The position numbers and the translations under genes were made by a program. A stretch of 32,000 nt of DNA from Thermoanaerobaculales bacterium (GTDB lineage: Bacteria; Acidobacteriota; Thermoanaerobaculia; Thermoanaerobaculales; Thermoanaerobaculaceae). Under the pieces are notes generated by a model. It was given only the letters and a program-made list of their open reading frames with translations, was not told the DNA's origin and did no database searches. Below, in pieces: positions 9,199 to 18,172 of the stretch. The stretch's first letter is position 1. Every line of letters begins with the position of its first letter. The DNA is taken from assembly GCA_044447965.1 (NCBI GenBank), contig JBIOGJ010000020.1, positions 15,538-47,537 of the forward strand. The letters run 5' to 3'.

Positions 9199-10641
9199 CT
9201 AGTTCGCAAGCGAGTCGATGAGCCTCCCTTCGACGTCGAAGATGTCGAGCTTCACGGCAAACCTGCCGTCCAGCCGGTGCGTCGCGCAGGAGAAGCAGGG
9301 GTCGTAGGCGCGAATCGCCATCTCCACCCGGTTGAGGATGCCCTGATCGTAGGCGCCGCCCTTGATGACGCTCTTCGCGGCCTTGGTGACCGACATGTTG
9401 ATCGGCGCGTTGTTGTGGGTGGTGCCCACGATGAGGTTGACGTTGGTGAGCATGCCGTTGGAGTCGGTGGTGTAGTCGTGGATCAAGGTGCCGCGTGGGG
9501 CCTCCACGCATCCCACCCCGCGTGCGGCGCGCGGCGTCACCTTGACGCGCGTCTCGGGGCTGGTGATCTCCGGGTCGGCAAGCAGGCGCACGGCGTTCTC
9601 GGCGCTGTAAAGCAGCTCGATCAGGCGCGCCCAATGGTAAAGCAGGGTGAGCTGGGCGGGACGCCCGAACAGACGCCGGAACTCCTCGAGCTCGGCCTGC
9701 GCGAGCGGCGTGTCAATGTGATCGCACACGTTGATCCGGGCCAGGGTGTTAGTACGGTAGATCCCGCTCGGGTGATCGAGGTCCATCGAGAACGAACCCC
9801 ACTTCTTCGCGTAGGGGAACTTGAGGTAGGTCCAAGGCTCGACGTGTTCCGCGATGAAGTCCGTGTAGCGCTCGGCCGGAAACTCCTCGAACGTGCCGTC
9901 AGGCGCCATCAGGCGTAGGAGACCGTCGTAAGCGTTGAGGGCGCCGTCCTTGGTCACCGTGCCGAGGAACCCGGTGTTGATCACCCCCAACGACTTCACC
10001 ACATCGAGGTACTTGGGGAAGATGCTCTCCTTCGCGAAGGCGATGGTGAACTTCGCGAGTTCGAGCGCCTCGGCCGCCACCGGTTGGAGTTGGTCGCGCT
10101 CCTCGCCGCTCAGAGGCTTGGAGAATCCGCCCGGCACGGCGGCCTGCGGGTGGATCGGCTTGCCCGCGAGAACCTCGAGCATCTTGGCGCAGGCGTGACG
10201 GACCCGCACCACGCGCCTGGCGAGCTCGGGGGCCGCCTGGACGATGCCGAGGACGTTGCGCACCCCGTAGTCCGCGTCCGGCCCGAGGACGAAGTCGGCG
10301 CCGGCGAGAAAGTAGAAGTGGAGGATGTGCTCCTCCATGTACGCAATGCTGTTGCACAGCTCGCGCAGCTTGCGCCCGGCCGGCGGCGGAGTGACGCCGA
10401 AGACCGCATCGCACGCCTTGGCCGCAGCGAGGTGGTGCGACCACGGGCACACGCCGCAGATGCGAGGCGTGATGCGTGGCATGTCCTCGACCGGGCGGCC
10501 GATGCAGAAGCGCTCGAAACCGCGCAGTTCGATGACGTTAACGCGCGCGGTATCGACATCACCGGCGTCGTTGAGTTGGATGGTGACTTTCGCGTGTCCC
10601 TCAATGCGGGTGACGGGTTGAATGACGAGCGTCTTAGCCAT
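9199..10641 (-). CDS. mvhA: [NiFe] hydrogenase large subunit, group 3 (Mvh/F420-non-reducing type by context)
   Basis: The N-terminal Ni-binding motif is RICGVCPWSHH and the C-terminal motif is DPCFSCATH. A ~25 aa tail follows, which the endopeptidase would be expected to remove. The N-terminus MAKTLVIQPVTRIEGH is typical. Confidence 0.93.
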   Translation of the reverse strand: MAKTLVIQPVTRIEGHAKVTIQLNDAGDVDTARVNVIELRGFERFCIGRPVEDMPRITPRICGVCPWSHHLAAAKACDAVFGVTPPPAGRKLRELCNSIAYMEEHILHFYFLAGADFVLGPDADYGVRNVLGIVQAAPELARRVVRVRHACAKMLEVLAGKPIHPQAAVPGGFSKPLSGEERDQLQPVAAEALELAKFTIAFAKESIFPKYLDVVKSLGVINTGFLGTVTKDGALNAYDGLLRLMAPDGTFEEFPAERYTDFIAEHVEPWTYLKFPYAKKWGSFSMDLDHPSGIYRTNTLARINVCDHIDTPLAQAELEEFRRLFGRPAQLTLLYHWARLIELLYSAENAVRLLADPEITSPETRVKVTPRAARGVGCVEAPRGTLIHDYTTDSNGMLTNVNLIVGTTHNNAPINMSVTKAAKSVIKGGAYDQGILNRVEMAIRAYDPCFSCATHRLDGRFAVKLDIFDVEGRLIDSLAN

Positions 10642-10644
10642 GGC

Positions 10645-11568
10645 TCACCTCCTCGGAGCGGGCCGCAGGCGCCCGGCGCCGCAGAAACGGTTGAAGGTCG
10701 GGGCTCGGTCGGAAATCTCCTTGGGGTCGAGACCGATCGTGGAGAGTGCCCCCATCATGTCGACCATCGGGTTGGCGGTCTCGGAGAGCGGCCCGAAGCA
10801 CCCCTCGCACGGCATGTAGGCCCGGATGCACCGGGGCGTGCCTTGCCCGCCGCCGCACCCCGAGCGCGTGGCCGGTCCGAGGCAGAGGAAGCCCTGCTCC
10901 ATCAGGCAACGCATCTCCGACAGCGGGCGGCCCGGGGTGAAGTCAGGCCCTTCCAGGCGGCGCTTGAGCGTCGACGCGGCCTTCTTCTCCCGGATAGTCG
11001 GACACTCGTCGCACACGCTCTTGGTCGGCAGCTCGATCGGCTTGCCTTCCAGCAGCGCCATGAGCGCACCCGCCACCATCTCGGGAGTGGTGGGACAGCC
11101 GGGCAGCTTGAGGTCTACCGGCACGACATCGCTCACCGGGTAGACGCGATCGGTCAGGTGTGGGATGTCCGTGGAGGGAATGCCGTCGTTATCGGTCGAG
11201 ACGCTGCCGTGGTAGACCTTCTCGAGCAGCTCGCCGGTTGCGTACAGATTGGCGAGCGCAGGGATGCCCCCAGAGCACGCACACGACCCCATCGCAATCA
11301 GGATCTTGCACTTCCGGCGCATCTCCTCGGCCAGCTTCCGGTTCTCCTCGTTGCGGATGCCGCCGGTGACGATGCCTATGTCGGCTTCCGGGACCTCCAT
11401 CTCGGTACCCTCTCCGGTCTGGCCGTAGAGCTTGTGGTCCATCAGCACCGGCATGTGCACGATATCGACCTGCTTGAGCACCTCAAGCAGCGGCTCGCCA
11501 ATGTCGAGGATCGTGACCTCGCATCCACCGCAGATGGCGAACCATTCCTCAGCAAGTCTTACCCCCAT
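10645..11568 (-). CDS. mvhG: [NiFe] hydrogenase small subunit, group 3 (no Tat signal)
   Basis: Motifs seen: FAICGGCEVTILD, IAMGSCACSGGIPA, LPGCPTTPE, and a Cys-rich C-terminus (CDECP...CLGPATRSGCGG...CEGCFGP). A strong RBS (AAAGGAGGTG) lies upstream. Confidence 0.9.
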   Translation of the reverse strand: MGVRLAEEWFAICGGCEVTILDIGEPLLEVLKQVDIVHMPVLMDHKLYGQTGEGTEMEVPEADIGIVTGGIRNEENRKLAEEMRRKCKILIAMGSCACSGGIPALANLYATGELLEKVYHGSVSTDNDGIPSTDIPHLTDRVYPVSDVVPVDLKLPGCPTTPEMVAGALMALLEGKPIELPTKSVCDECPTIREKKAASTLKRRLEGPDFTPGRPLSEMRCLMEQGFLCLGPATRSGCGGGQGTPRCIRAYMPCEGCFGPLSETANPMVDMMGALSTIGLDPKEISDRAPTFNRFCGAGRLRPAPRR

Positions 11569-11649
11569 ACCACACCTCCTTTCCCGGCCTTGCGGCCGTC
11601 GCGTCGCGGTTTGGTGTCCTCCCGGCCCTGCCTCATATCCGCGTCCTCC

Positions 11650-12072
11650 TCACGTCCGGTATGGGCTGGGGCCGAGCTTCCTCAACTGCTCGGTCATCTC
11701 GGTGATCACCTGGGCGAAGCGCGGCCCCTCCGAGGCCGACACCCACTCCAGGCGAAAGCGCTCCGGCTCCAAGCCGAAGTCCTCCAGCATCAAAGTGATG
11801 GCATCCGCGCGAGACTTCGCACGCAGGTTTCCCTCGAGGTAATGGCAGTCCCCAGGGTGGCAGCCGCAAATGAGGACACCGTCCGCGCCCCCGGTGAGTG
11901 CGTCCACCACGAGGTTCGGGTGCACCATCCCGCTGCACTGCACCCGGATGATGCGCAGGTTGGACGGGTACTGCAGGCGTGACGTCCCCGCCAGGTCGGC
12001 TCCCGCGTACGAGCACCAGTAGCAGCAGAAGGCGATGAGAACGGGCTCATGCGGCTGGCTCATCGCGCTCAT
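11650..12072 (-). CDS. mvhD: Methyl-viologen-reducing hydrogenase delta subunit (MvhD/FlpD family, [2Fe-2S])
   Basis: VLIAFCCYWCSYAGADLAG...IIRVQCSGMV...GADGVLICGCHPGDCHY is the MvhD signature. I chose the ATG at 12072, 7 nt after the upstream stop. Confidence 0.9.
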   Translation of the reverse strand: MSAMSQPHEPVLIAFCCYWCSYAGADLAGTSRLQYPSNLRIIRVQCSGMVHPNLVVDALTGGADGVLICGCHPGDCHYLEGNLRAKSRADAITLMLEDFGLEPERFRLEWVSASEGPRFAQVITEMTEQLRKLGPSPYRT

Positions 12073-12079
12073 CGCCGCC

Positions 12080-15000
12080 TCACGCCGTCCCCTGCAGCGC
12101 CGTCTTGACCATGGCGGAGAGTTGCTCGGGGCGGAAATGCCACACGAAAATCGCCTTCTTCGGGCAGGTGGCCTGGCACGTGCCGCACCCCTTGCACACC
12201 GCATCGTCGACCCGCACGCGTTTCTTGGTCTGGCCGTTGGCCGTGTACTCGACGAGCGTGATGGCGTGGAACGGACAGGGGTCGACGCAGTAGGCGCAGC
12301 CGTCGCAGTTCTCCTCGACCACGTGCGAGTGGGTCGCTTCGAGATCGATGTGGTCCTTGGAGAGGATCGCGGCGGCCCGCGCCGACGCGGCGGCGGCCTG
12401 CACGATCGTCTCCTCGATCGACTTCGCCGAATGGGCGAGCCCGGCGACGTAAACGCCGTCGGTGGCGAAATCCACCGGGCGCAGCTTCAGGTGGGCTTCG
12501 AGGAAGAAGCCGTCCTGGTTGAGCGGGACCTTGAGGAGCTGCGCGGTTGCCTTGTTCTCCTCGTAGGGGACCGTCCCCGCCGAGAGCACGACCAGGCCCG
12601 CGTCGATGGCAAGATCCTGCTTGAGCTGCGGGTCGTGGACCGTGACGACGAGGCCGCCCTCGCCACGGGTCACGACCGGCTTGGCGTCGTCCTCGTGACG
12701 CAGGAAGACGACCCCTTGCGCTCGCGCCTTGGTGTAGAAGCTCTCCCGGAACCCGTAGGTGCGGATGTCCCGGTAGAGCACGTAGACGCTGGTGCGCCCA
12801 GAGAGCTGCTTGATCCTCAGGGCGTTCTTGACCGCCTCGGCGCAGCAGACGCGCGAGCAGTAGGGATGCTCCGCATCGCGGGAGCCGACGCACTGGATCA
12901 TGACCACCGAGGACGGCAGCCATCCGCCTCCACGCGTGACGAGGCGTTCCTCCAGCTCGAGTTGGGTCACGACCCGGTCGTCCTCGCCGTAGAGGTGCTC
13001 CTTGGGCTTGTACTCGCGGGCTCCGGTGGCGACGACGACGACGCCGTGCTCGACTCGCTCGACAGCCCCATCGTAGGCGATCGTGGTCGTGAAACTACCC
13101 ACCGACCCCTCCACCTTCTCGACGGAGGCCCCGGTGAATACCCTGATGCTCGCGCTCCCGCGCACCCGGTCGATGAGGCGGCGCAGGGCCGCCTGTGGAT
13201 CGTCGCCGTTGAAGAGATAGCGGATGCGGGTGAGGTTGCCGCCGAGCTGCGCCTCTTTCTCGACGAGTGAGACGTCGAAGCCCTGGTCGGCAAAATCGAG
13301 CGCCGAGGTCATGCCGGCGAGGCCGCCGCCGATCACGAGCGCGGACCTCCTGACCGGGGCCTCCCCGCCTTGCAGCGGCTCGAGCAGCCGCGCCTTGGCG
13401 AGCGCCATGCGAACCAGGTCCTTCGCCTTGCGCGTCGCCCGCTCGGGCTCAGAGGAGTGCACCCAGGAGCACTGGTCACGGATGTTCGCCATCTCGAACA
13501 GGTAGGGGTTGAGGCCGGCCTCGCGGCAGGTGTTGCGGAAGAGCGGCTCGTGCGTGCGCGGCGAGCAGGAGGCCACCACCACCCGGTTCAAGCCGTGCTC
13601 GCGGATTTTCCCCTTGATCCGCTCCTGCGTGTCGGTCGAGCAGGTGTACAGATTCGTCTCAGCGTGGACGACGTTGGGCAGGCTGCGCGCATACTCCGCG
13701 ACGCTCGCCACGTCCACGACGCCGGCGATGTTGGTGCCGCAGTGACAGACGAAGACCCCCACCCGCGGCCCCTGTCCCGTCACGTCCAGCTCCGGCGGGT
13801 AGACGCTCGGCGTGACGAGAGTGCCGCGGACGTCGCGTAGCAGGTTGAGGACTTTGGAGGCCGCCCCGGACGCCTGCATCACGGTCTCCGGGATGTCCTT
13901 GGGCTCGGTGAACGGGCCGCAGGCGAAGATGCCGTCGCGCGAGGACTCGACCGGCTCGAAGGTCGAGGTCTTGCAGAAGCCGAACTCGTTCAGCGCGATC
14001 CCGAATGTGCTCGCGATGTCCTGCACGTTACGGGGCGGCAACAGGCCGGTGGACAGGACGACGAGGTCGTACTCCCGCTCGGTCTTTGTGTCGTCCTCGG
14101 TCAGGTACTTGATGACGACGCTCCCCGCCGTGGCGCCCGCCTCGATGATCGGCGGTCGGCACCGGATGTATCGCACCCCTTGGGCGAGCGCTCGCTGGTA
14201 GTACGCCTCGAACCCCTTGCCGAAAGCACGGGCGTCCATGAAGAAGATGTCGGTTTCGAGCGCGCTGCCGCTGTGCTCCTTCGCAATCAGGGCCTCCTTG
14301 GTGGCGTACATGCAGCAGACCGAGGAGCACCAGTCGCGCTCGGCGTCACGCGAGCCCACGCACTGGATGAAGGCGATCCTCGTGGGCGGCTTGTGATCCG
14401 AAGGCCGGACGACGTGGCCGGAGAACGGCCCGGAAGCGGAGAGGATCCGTTCGAACTCGGCCGCGGTGATGACGTTGGGAAGCCGGCCGTAGCCGAGGTC
14501 TGGCTTGAGGCGGGCGTCGAAGAGGTCGTAGCCCGGCGCGAGGACGATCGCCCCCACCTGCAGCTCGACGGTTCGATCCACGTCGTCGAACTTGATCGCC
14601 TTGACGCCGCAGACCTGTTCGCATACGCCGCAGACGCCGTGCTGGAGGTGGACGCAGGTCGCCGGGTCGATGGCCGGACGGCTCGGCACCATCTGCGGAT
14701 ACATGATCGAGATCGCGGGCCGGTTGCTGAGTCCGCGGTTGAACTCAGACGCAATCGGGATGGGCGCGGCGGCGCTCATGGCGGGGGAGACCAGCCGCTC
14801 GGTCGGGCAGACGAAGTCGCAGGCGCGACACGTCCAGCACGCCTCGTTGTGCTTGCCGTAGGGCGGTTCGACCCGGCGCCGCGGACCGCGGCCCGAGAAG
14901 CCGACCGCGGCGCGCCCCATTCGCTCCTCGCACATTCGCACGCACAGCCCGCAGTCGATGCAGTCGTCGTCCTTCTTCGCGATGCGCGTGTCGGTCACGC

Positions 15001-15331
15001 CGAGCGACGCTGCCACCTGGCGGACCGCCGGGGCCTCGGGGCAACGGGCGAGGAGAAGCTCGGCGACGATCCGGCGCGCGCTTGCGATCCGCGGCGTGTC
15101 GGTCCTCACGACCAACCCCTCGAGCGCGGGGGACTGGCACGACGCCTGGACCGAGGTAGCCCTGCCCGGGACGTCGACCTCGACAAGACACAGGCGACAG
15201 GCGCCGTACGGCAAGAGCGCCTTGTGGTGGCAGAGGGTGGGGACCTTGATCCCGAGGCCCTCGGCCGCCTCGAGCAGCGAGGTCCCCTCGGGGACCTGAA
15301 CCGCCTGGCCGTTGATGGTCAGCGCGATCAC
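12080..15331 (-). CDS. hdrA: Multidomain flavo-FeS protein (1083 aa): NuoG/HydA-type N-terminal [2Fe-2S]+2x[4Fe-4S] module, then the C-terminal three-quarters of an HdrA, then a second complete HdrA-like unit
   Basis: - aa 1-185: LTINGQ...CHHKALLPYGACRLC (2Fe-2S), CIDCGLCVRMC, CWTCRACDFVCP.
- aa ~190-515: CVHLQHGVCGVCEQVCGVKAI, VGAIVLAPGYD, NVITAAEFERIL, IAFIQCVGSRD..CSSVCCMYATKEA, IFACGP.
- aa ~520-1083: VGVFVCHCGTNIAG...NPYLFEMANIRDQCSWVH, ALVIGGGLAGMTSALDFA, MIQCVGSRD..CSRVCC, and a C-terminal CDGCAYCVDPCP / CKGCGTCQATCP.
- The GTG start at 15331 overlaps the upstream stop (GTGA). Confidence 0.88.
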   Translation of the reverse strand: MIALTINGQAVQVPEGTSLLEAAEGLGIKVPTLCHHKALLPYGACRLCLVEVDVPGRATSVQASCQSPALEGLVVRTDTPRIASARRIVAELLLARCPEAPAVRQVAASLGVTDTRIAKKDDDCIDCGLCVRMCEERMGRAAVGFSGRGPRRRVEPPYGKHNEACWTCRACDFVCPTERLVSPAMSAAAPIPIASEFNRGLSNRPAISIMYPQMVPSRPAIDPATCVHLQHGVCGVCEQVCGVKAIKFDDVDRTVELQVGAIVLAPGYDLFDARLKPDLGYGRLPNVITAAEFERILSASGPFSGHVVRPSDHKPPTRIAFIQCVGSRDAERDWCSSVCCMYATKEALIAKEHSGSALETDIFFMDARAFGKGFEAYYQRALAQGVRYIRCRPPIIEAGATAGSVVIKYLTEDDTKTEREYDLVVLSTGLLPPRNVQDIASTFGIALNEFGFCKTSTFEPVESSRDGIFACGPFTEPKDIPETVMQASGAASKVLNLLRDVRGTLVTPSVYPPELDVTGQGPRVGVFVCHCGTNIAGVVDVASVAEYARSLPNVVHAETNLYTCSTDTQERIKGKIREHGLNRVVVASCSPRTHEPLFRNTCREAGLNPYLFEMANIRDQCSWVHSSEPERATRKAKDLVRMALAKARLLEPLQGGEAPVRRSALVIGGGLAGMTSALDFADQGFDVSLVEKEAQLGGNLTRIRYLFNGDDPQAALRRLIDRVRGSASIRVFTGASVEKVEGSVGSFTTTIAYDGAVERVEHGVVVVATGAREYKPKEHLYGEDDRVVTQLELEERLVTRGGGWLPSSVVMIQCVGSRDAEHPYCSRVCCAEAVKNALRIKQLSGRTSVYVLYRDIRTYGFRESFYTKARAQGVVFLRHEDDAKPVVTRGEGGLVVTVHDPQLKQDLAIDAGLVVLSAGTVPYEENKATAQLLKVPLNQDGFFLEAHLKLRPVDFATDGVYVAGLAHSAKSIEETIVQAAAASARAAAILSKDHIDLEATHSHVVEENCDGCAYCVDPCPFHAITLVEYTANGQTKKRVRVDDAVCKGCGTCQATCPKKAIFVWHFRPEQLSAMVKTALQGTA

Positions 15332-17271
15332 GACGGCCTCTGCGCGCGCGCCTCTTCAGCGCGTCGCGCTCGCCACTCCGCTACGGGCACCGGCTCGGGC
15401 AGCGTGACCAGCTCCTCGGCTTCCCGGCCCGAGACCTTGCGCACGGCCGCGACCTTGGGCGGGCAGACCTCCAGGCACTGGCCGCACTTGGTGCACTTGG
15501 CCTGGTCGACCACATGCACGTGCTTGGCCGATCCCCGGATCGCCTCGCTCGTGCAGGCCTTCAGGCAGAGCTGACAGCCGGGACAGAGGTCCGGGTCGAT
15601 CGTGTACTTGACGAGGCTCTTGCACGCGAGCGCCGGACAGCGCCGCTCGCGGATGTGGGCCTCGTACTCGTCGCGGAAGTAGCGCAGCGTCGAGAGAACC
15701 GGGTTGGGCAGCGTCTGGCCCAATCCGCACATCGAGGCGTCCTTCACGGCCGCCCCCAGCTCTTCGAGGAACTCGATGTCGCCCTCTCGCCCGGCGCCGC
15801 CGGTGATCCGCGTCAGCACCTCGAGCAGCGCCGCGCTCCCTTCGCGGCACGACGAGCACTTCCCGCACGACTCGTCGTTGGTGAACTGGAGGAAGTACTT
15901 GGCGATGTCCACCACGCAGGTGTCTTCATCGAGCACGATCATCCCGCCGGAGCCCATGATCGAGCCCGCCTGCTGCAGGCTCTCGTAGTCGATCGGCAGG
16001 TCCACCAAGCTGGCCGGGATGCACCCGCCGGACGGCCCGCCGGTCTGGATCGCCTTGAGTTTTCTGCCCTGCGGGATGCCACCGCCGATGTCGTACACGA
16101 TCTCGCGCAGCGTGAGGCCCATCGGGACCTCGATCAGCCCGGTGTTGGTGATCTTGCCGACCAGGGAGAAGATCTTCGTCCCCTTGCCGGTGGCGGTGCC
16201 GACGCGCGCATACGCCTCGGCCCCGCGCACGATGATGACCGGCACGTTCGCGAGCGTCTCGACGTTGTTGATGACGGTGGGCTGGCCCCAGAGGCCCGAC
16301 TGCACCGGGAACGGGGGCCGCTGGCGCGGTTCCGGGATCGCTCCCTCGATCGAGCGCAGCAGTGACGTCTCCTCGCCGCATACGAAGGCGCCCGAACCCT
16401 CGCGGATCTCGATCTCGAAGGCGAAGCTCGAGCCGAGGATGCCCGGCCCAAGCAGGCCGTTCGCGCGGGCCTGCTCGATCGCTGTCCCCAGCCGGCGGAG
16501 CGCGAGCGGGTACTCGGAGCGGACGTAGACGTACCCCTTGGCGGCGCCGATCGCGTACGCCGCGATCGTCATGCCCTCGACCACCGCGTGCGGATCGGAC
16601 TCGAGCAGGCTGCGATCCATGTACGCGCCGGGGTCGCCCTCGTCGCAGTTGCCGACGATGTATCGGGGCGTCCGCGCCTCGGCTGCGCAGGCCTTCCACT
16701 TCCGGCCGGTCGGGAAACCGGCGCCGCCACGCCCGCGGAGGCCTGCGGCGGTAATCTCCTCAACGACGTCCGAAGGCGTCATCCCGACGACGACCTTCTC
16801 GAGCGCCGCATATCCGCCGCGCCCGATGTAGTCCTCGATCCTCTCTGGGTTGATCTGGCCCGCGTTGCGAAGAACGACGGGCGTCTGCTTCCGGAAGAAC
16901 GGGATCTCGGTGTCGAGCACGTGCTGCTGTGCGACACGACCGTCGCGGACGTGCTCGGCGAAGACCTCTGCCGCCTTGGCCCCGTCGAGGTGCGCGTAGA
17001 GCACCGGAGAGACGCCGCGGATCTCGACGGTGCTGGTCGGCTCGGCGGAGCAGAGCCCGGCGCAGCCGGTGGTCACGATCTGCACGTCCGTGCGCCCGCT
17101 CTTCGCGAGCTCGGCGCAGAAGGCGTCATGCACGGACTTCGCCCCGGCCGCCAGACCGCAGGTGCCCATGTGCACGACGACCCGCGCCCGGTAGCTCGTG
17201 CCCTCGAGGCTGAGGCCCTTCCTCGCGTCCTCGCGCAGCCTGCCGAGCGCTTGCACAGTGAGCTGGGGCAC
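15328..17271 (-). CDS. nuoF: NuoF/HoxF/HydB-like NAD(H)-binding FMN subunit, with an N-terminal thioredoxin-like [2Fe-2S] domain and a C-terminal 2x[4Fe-4S] ferredoxin domain
   Basis: Motifs seen: GLRGRGGAGFPTGRKW (FMN), NCDEGDPGAYMDR, SGAFVCGEETSLL, ESCGKCSSCREG...MCGLG (N3 cluster), CPGCQLCLKACT / CTKCGQCLEVCP, and an N-terminal VVVHMGTCGLAAG...GCAGLC. I chose the GTG at 17271, 1 nt after the upstream stop with GAGGCGG upstream. The track ORF's ATG at 17373 would overlap the upstream gene by ~100 nt. Confidence 0.9.
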   Translation of the reverse strand: MPQLTVQALGRLREDARKGLSLEGTSYRARVVVHMGTCGLAAGAKSVHDAFCAELAKSGRTDVQIVTTGCAGLCSAEPTSTVEIRGVSPVLYAHLDGAKAAEVFAEHVRDGRVAQQHVLDTEIPFFRKQTPVVLRNAGQINPERIEDYIGRGGYAALEKVVVGMTPSDVVEEITAAGLRGRGGAGFPTGRKWKACAAEARTPRYIVGNCDEGDPGAYMDRSLLESDPHAVVEGMTIAAYAIGAAKGYVYVRSEYPLALRRLGTAIEQARANGLLGPGILGSSFAFEIEIREGSGAFVCGEETSLLRSIEGAIPEPRQRPPFPVQSGLWGQPTVINNVETLANVPVIIVRGAEAYARVGTATGKGTKIFSLVGKITNTGLIEVPMGLTLREIVYDIGGGIPQGRKLKAIQTGGPSGGCIPASLVDLPIDYESLQQAGSIMGSGGMIVLDEDTCVVDIAKYFLQFTNDESCGKCSSCREGSAALLEVLTRITGGAGREGDIEFLEELGAAVKDASMCGLGQTLPNPVLSTLRYFRDEYEAHIRERRCPALACKSLVKYTIDPDLCPGCQLCLKACTSEAIRGSAKHVHVVDQAKCTKCGQCLEVCPPKVAAVRKVSGREAEELVTLPEPVPVAEWRARRAEEARAQRPS

Positions 17272-17272
17272 G

Positions 17273-18172
17273 TCAGGCCGCCTCACTCTTGCGGTACCGG
17301 TCGACGATCTTCGGGATGTCCTTGGCCGCAAGTTTCCCGTAGACCTCGCTCCCGATCGCCACCGCCGGGGCAAGGCCGCAGCAACCGATGCAGCGCACCG
17401 CCTTGAGGGTGAAGAGCCGGTCGCGAGTGGTCTCGTCCACGCCGATCTCGAGGACGTCCATGAACTTCTCCATCAGCCGCTCGGAGCCCCGCACGTAGCA
17501 CGTCGTCCCCATGCAGACGCTGATTGTGTGTTTGCCGCGTGGCGTGAGGCTGAAGGCACCGTAGAACGTCGCGACGCGGTAAAGGTGGGTGAGCGGGACG
17601 CCGGTCTCCTGTGACACGAAACGCAGGACGTCCTCCGGGAAATAGTTGAAGCGGGCGTTGATCTCCTGGAGGATCGGCATGAACGGACCCTCTCGCCCCT
17701 TCCAGCGCGCCAGGATTGCCTCGACTTCTTGCCGGGCTTCGGGTGCGAGGTCGACGGGCGCGCGCTGCTCCGCGGGGATCGGCTGCACGCGGTAGCGTAC
17801 GGGGCAACTCGCCACACAGCTCCCGCAGCCGGTGCATTTGTCCTCGTCGATGTAGCGGGCTCGCTTCTTGACCGTGACGCTGAAGTTCCCCGGGCCCCCT
17901 TCGATGTGCTCCACCTCCGCGAGGGTGAGCAGCTCGATGTCCTTGTGCCGGCTCAGGTCCGCGAGTCGCGGGGCCATTGTGCACATGGCACAGTCGTTGG
18001 TCGGGAAGGTCTTGTCGAGCTGCGCCATCACCCCGCCGACGCCAGCCTTCTGCTCGACCAGGAACACCTTGATCCCCGCGGCAGCGAGGTCGAGCGCCGC
18101 TTGCATGCCGCCGATCCCCCCGCCGACGACGAGCGCCGCCCCGACCTTCTGCGCGCGGGCGACGTCACTCAT
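17273..18172 (-). CDS. Fusion protein: HdrA N-terminal FAD-binding fragment (aa 1-~125) joined to a NuoE/HoxE-type thioredoxin-like [2Fe-2S] domain (aa ~140-299)
   Basis: The HdrA part reads ALVVGGGIGGMQAALDLAAAGIKVFLVE, MAQLDKTFPTNDCAMC, GNFSVTVKKRARYIDEDKCTGCGSCVASCP. The NuoE part reads PILQEINARFNYFPEDVLRFVSQETGVPLTHLYRVATFY, SVCMGTTCYVRG, VRCIGCCGLAPA. The ATG at 18172 overlaps the upstream stop (ATGA). Confidence 0.88.
   Translation of the reverse strand: MSDVARAQKVGAALVVGGGIGGMQAALDLAAAGIKVFLVEQKAGVGGVMAQLDKTFPTNDCAMCTMAPRLADLSRHKDIELLTLAEVEHIEGGPGNFSVTVKKRARYIDEDKCTGCGSCVASCPVRYRVQPIPAEQRAPVDLAPEARQEVEAILARWKGREGPFMPILQEINARFNYFPEDVLRFVSQETGVPLTHLYRVATFYGAFSLTPRGKHTISVCMGTTCYVRGSERLMEKFMDVLEIGVDETTRDRLFTLKAVRCIGCCGLAPAVAIGSEVYGKLAAKDIPKIVDRYRKSEAA

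Noticed and set aside
10084-15574. Long plus-strand ORFs (10084-11982, 632 aa; 12035-13270, 411 aa; 14180-15574, 464 aa) antisense to the hydrogenase and HdrA genes
   Set aside because: These are shadow ORFs. I recognised no motifs, their composition is biased towards R, G, D and L, and they are fully covered by minus-strand genes with strong family signatures.
9199-18172. A search for additional selenocysteine (in-frame TGA) sites in MvhA, MvhD and HdrA, as found in some Sec-using organisms
   Set aside because: All these ORFs are continuous, with Cys at the relevant motifs (DPCFSCATH, CCYWC, CVGSRD). No interrupted frames were seen.
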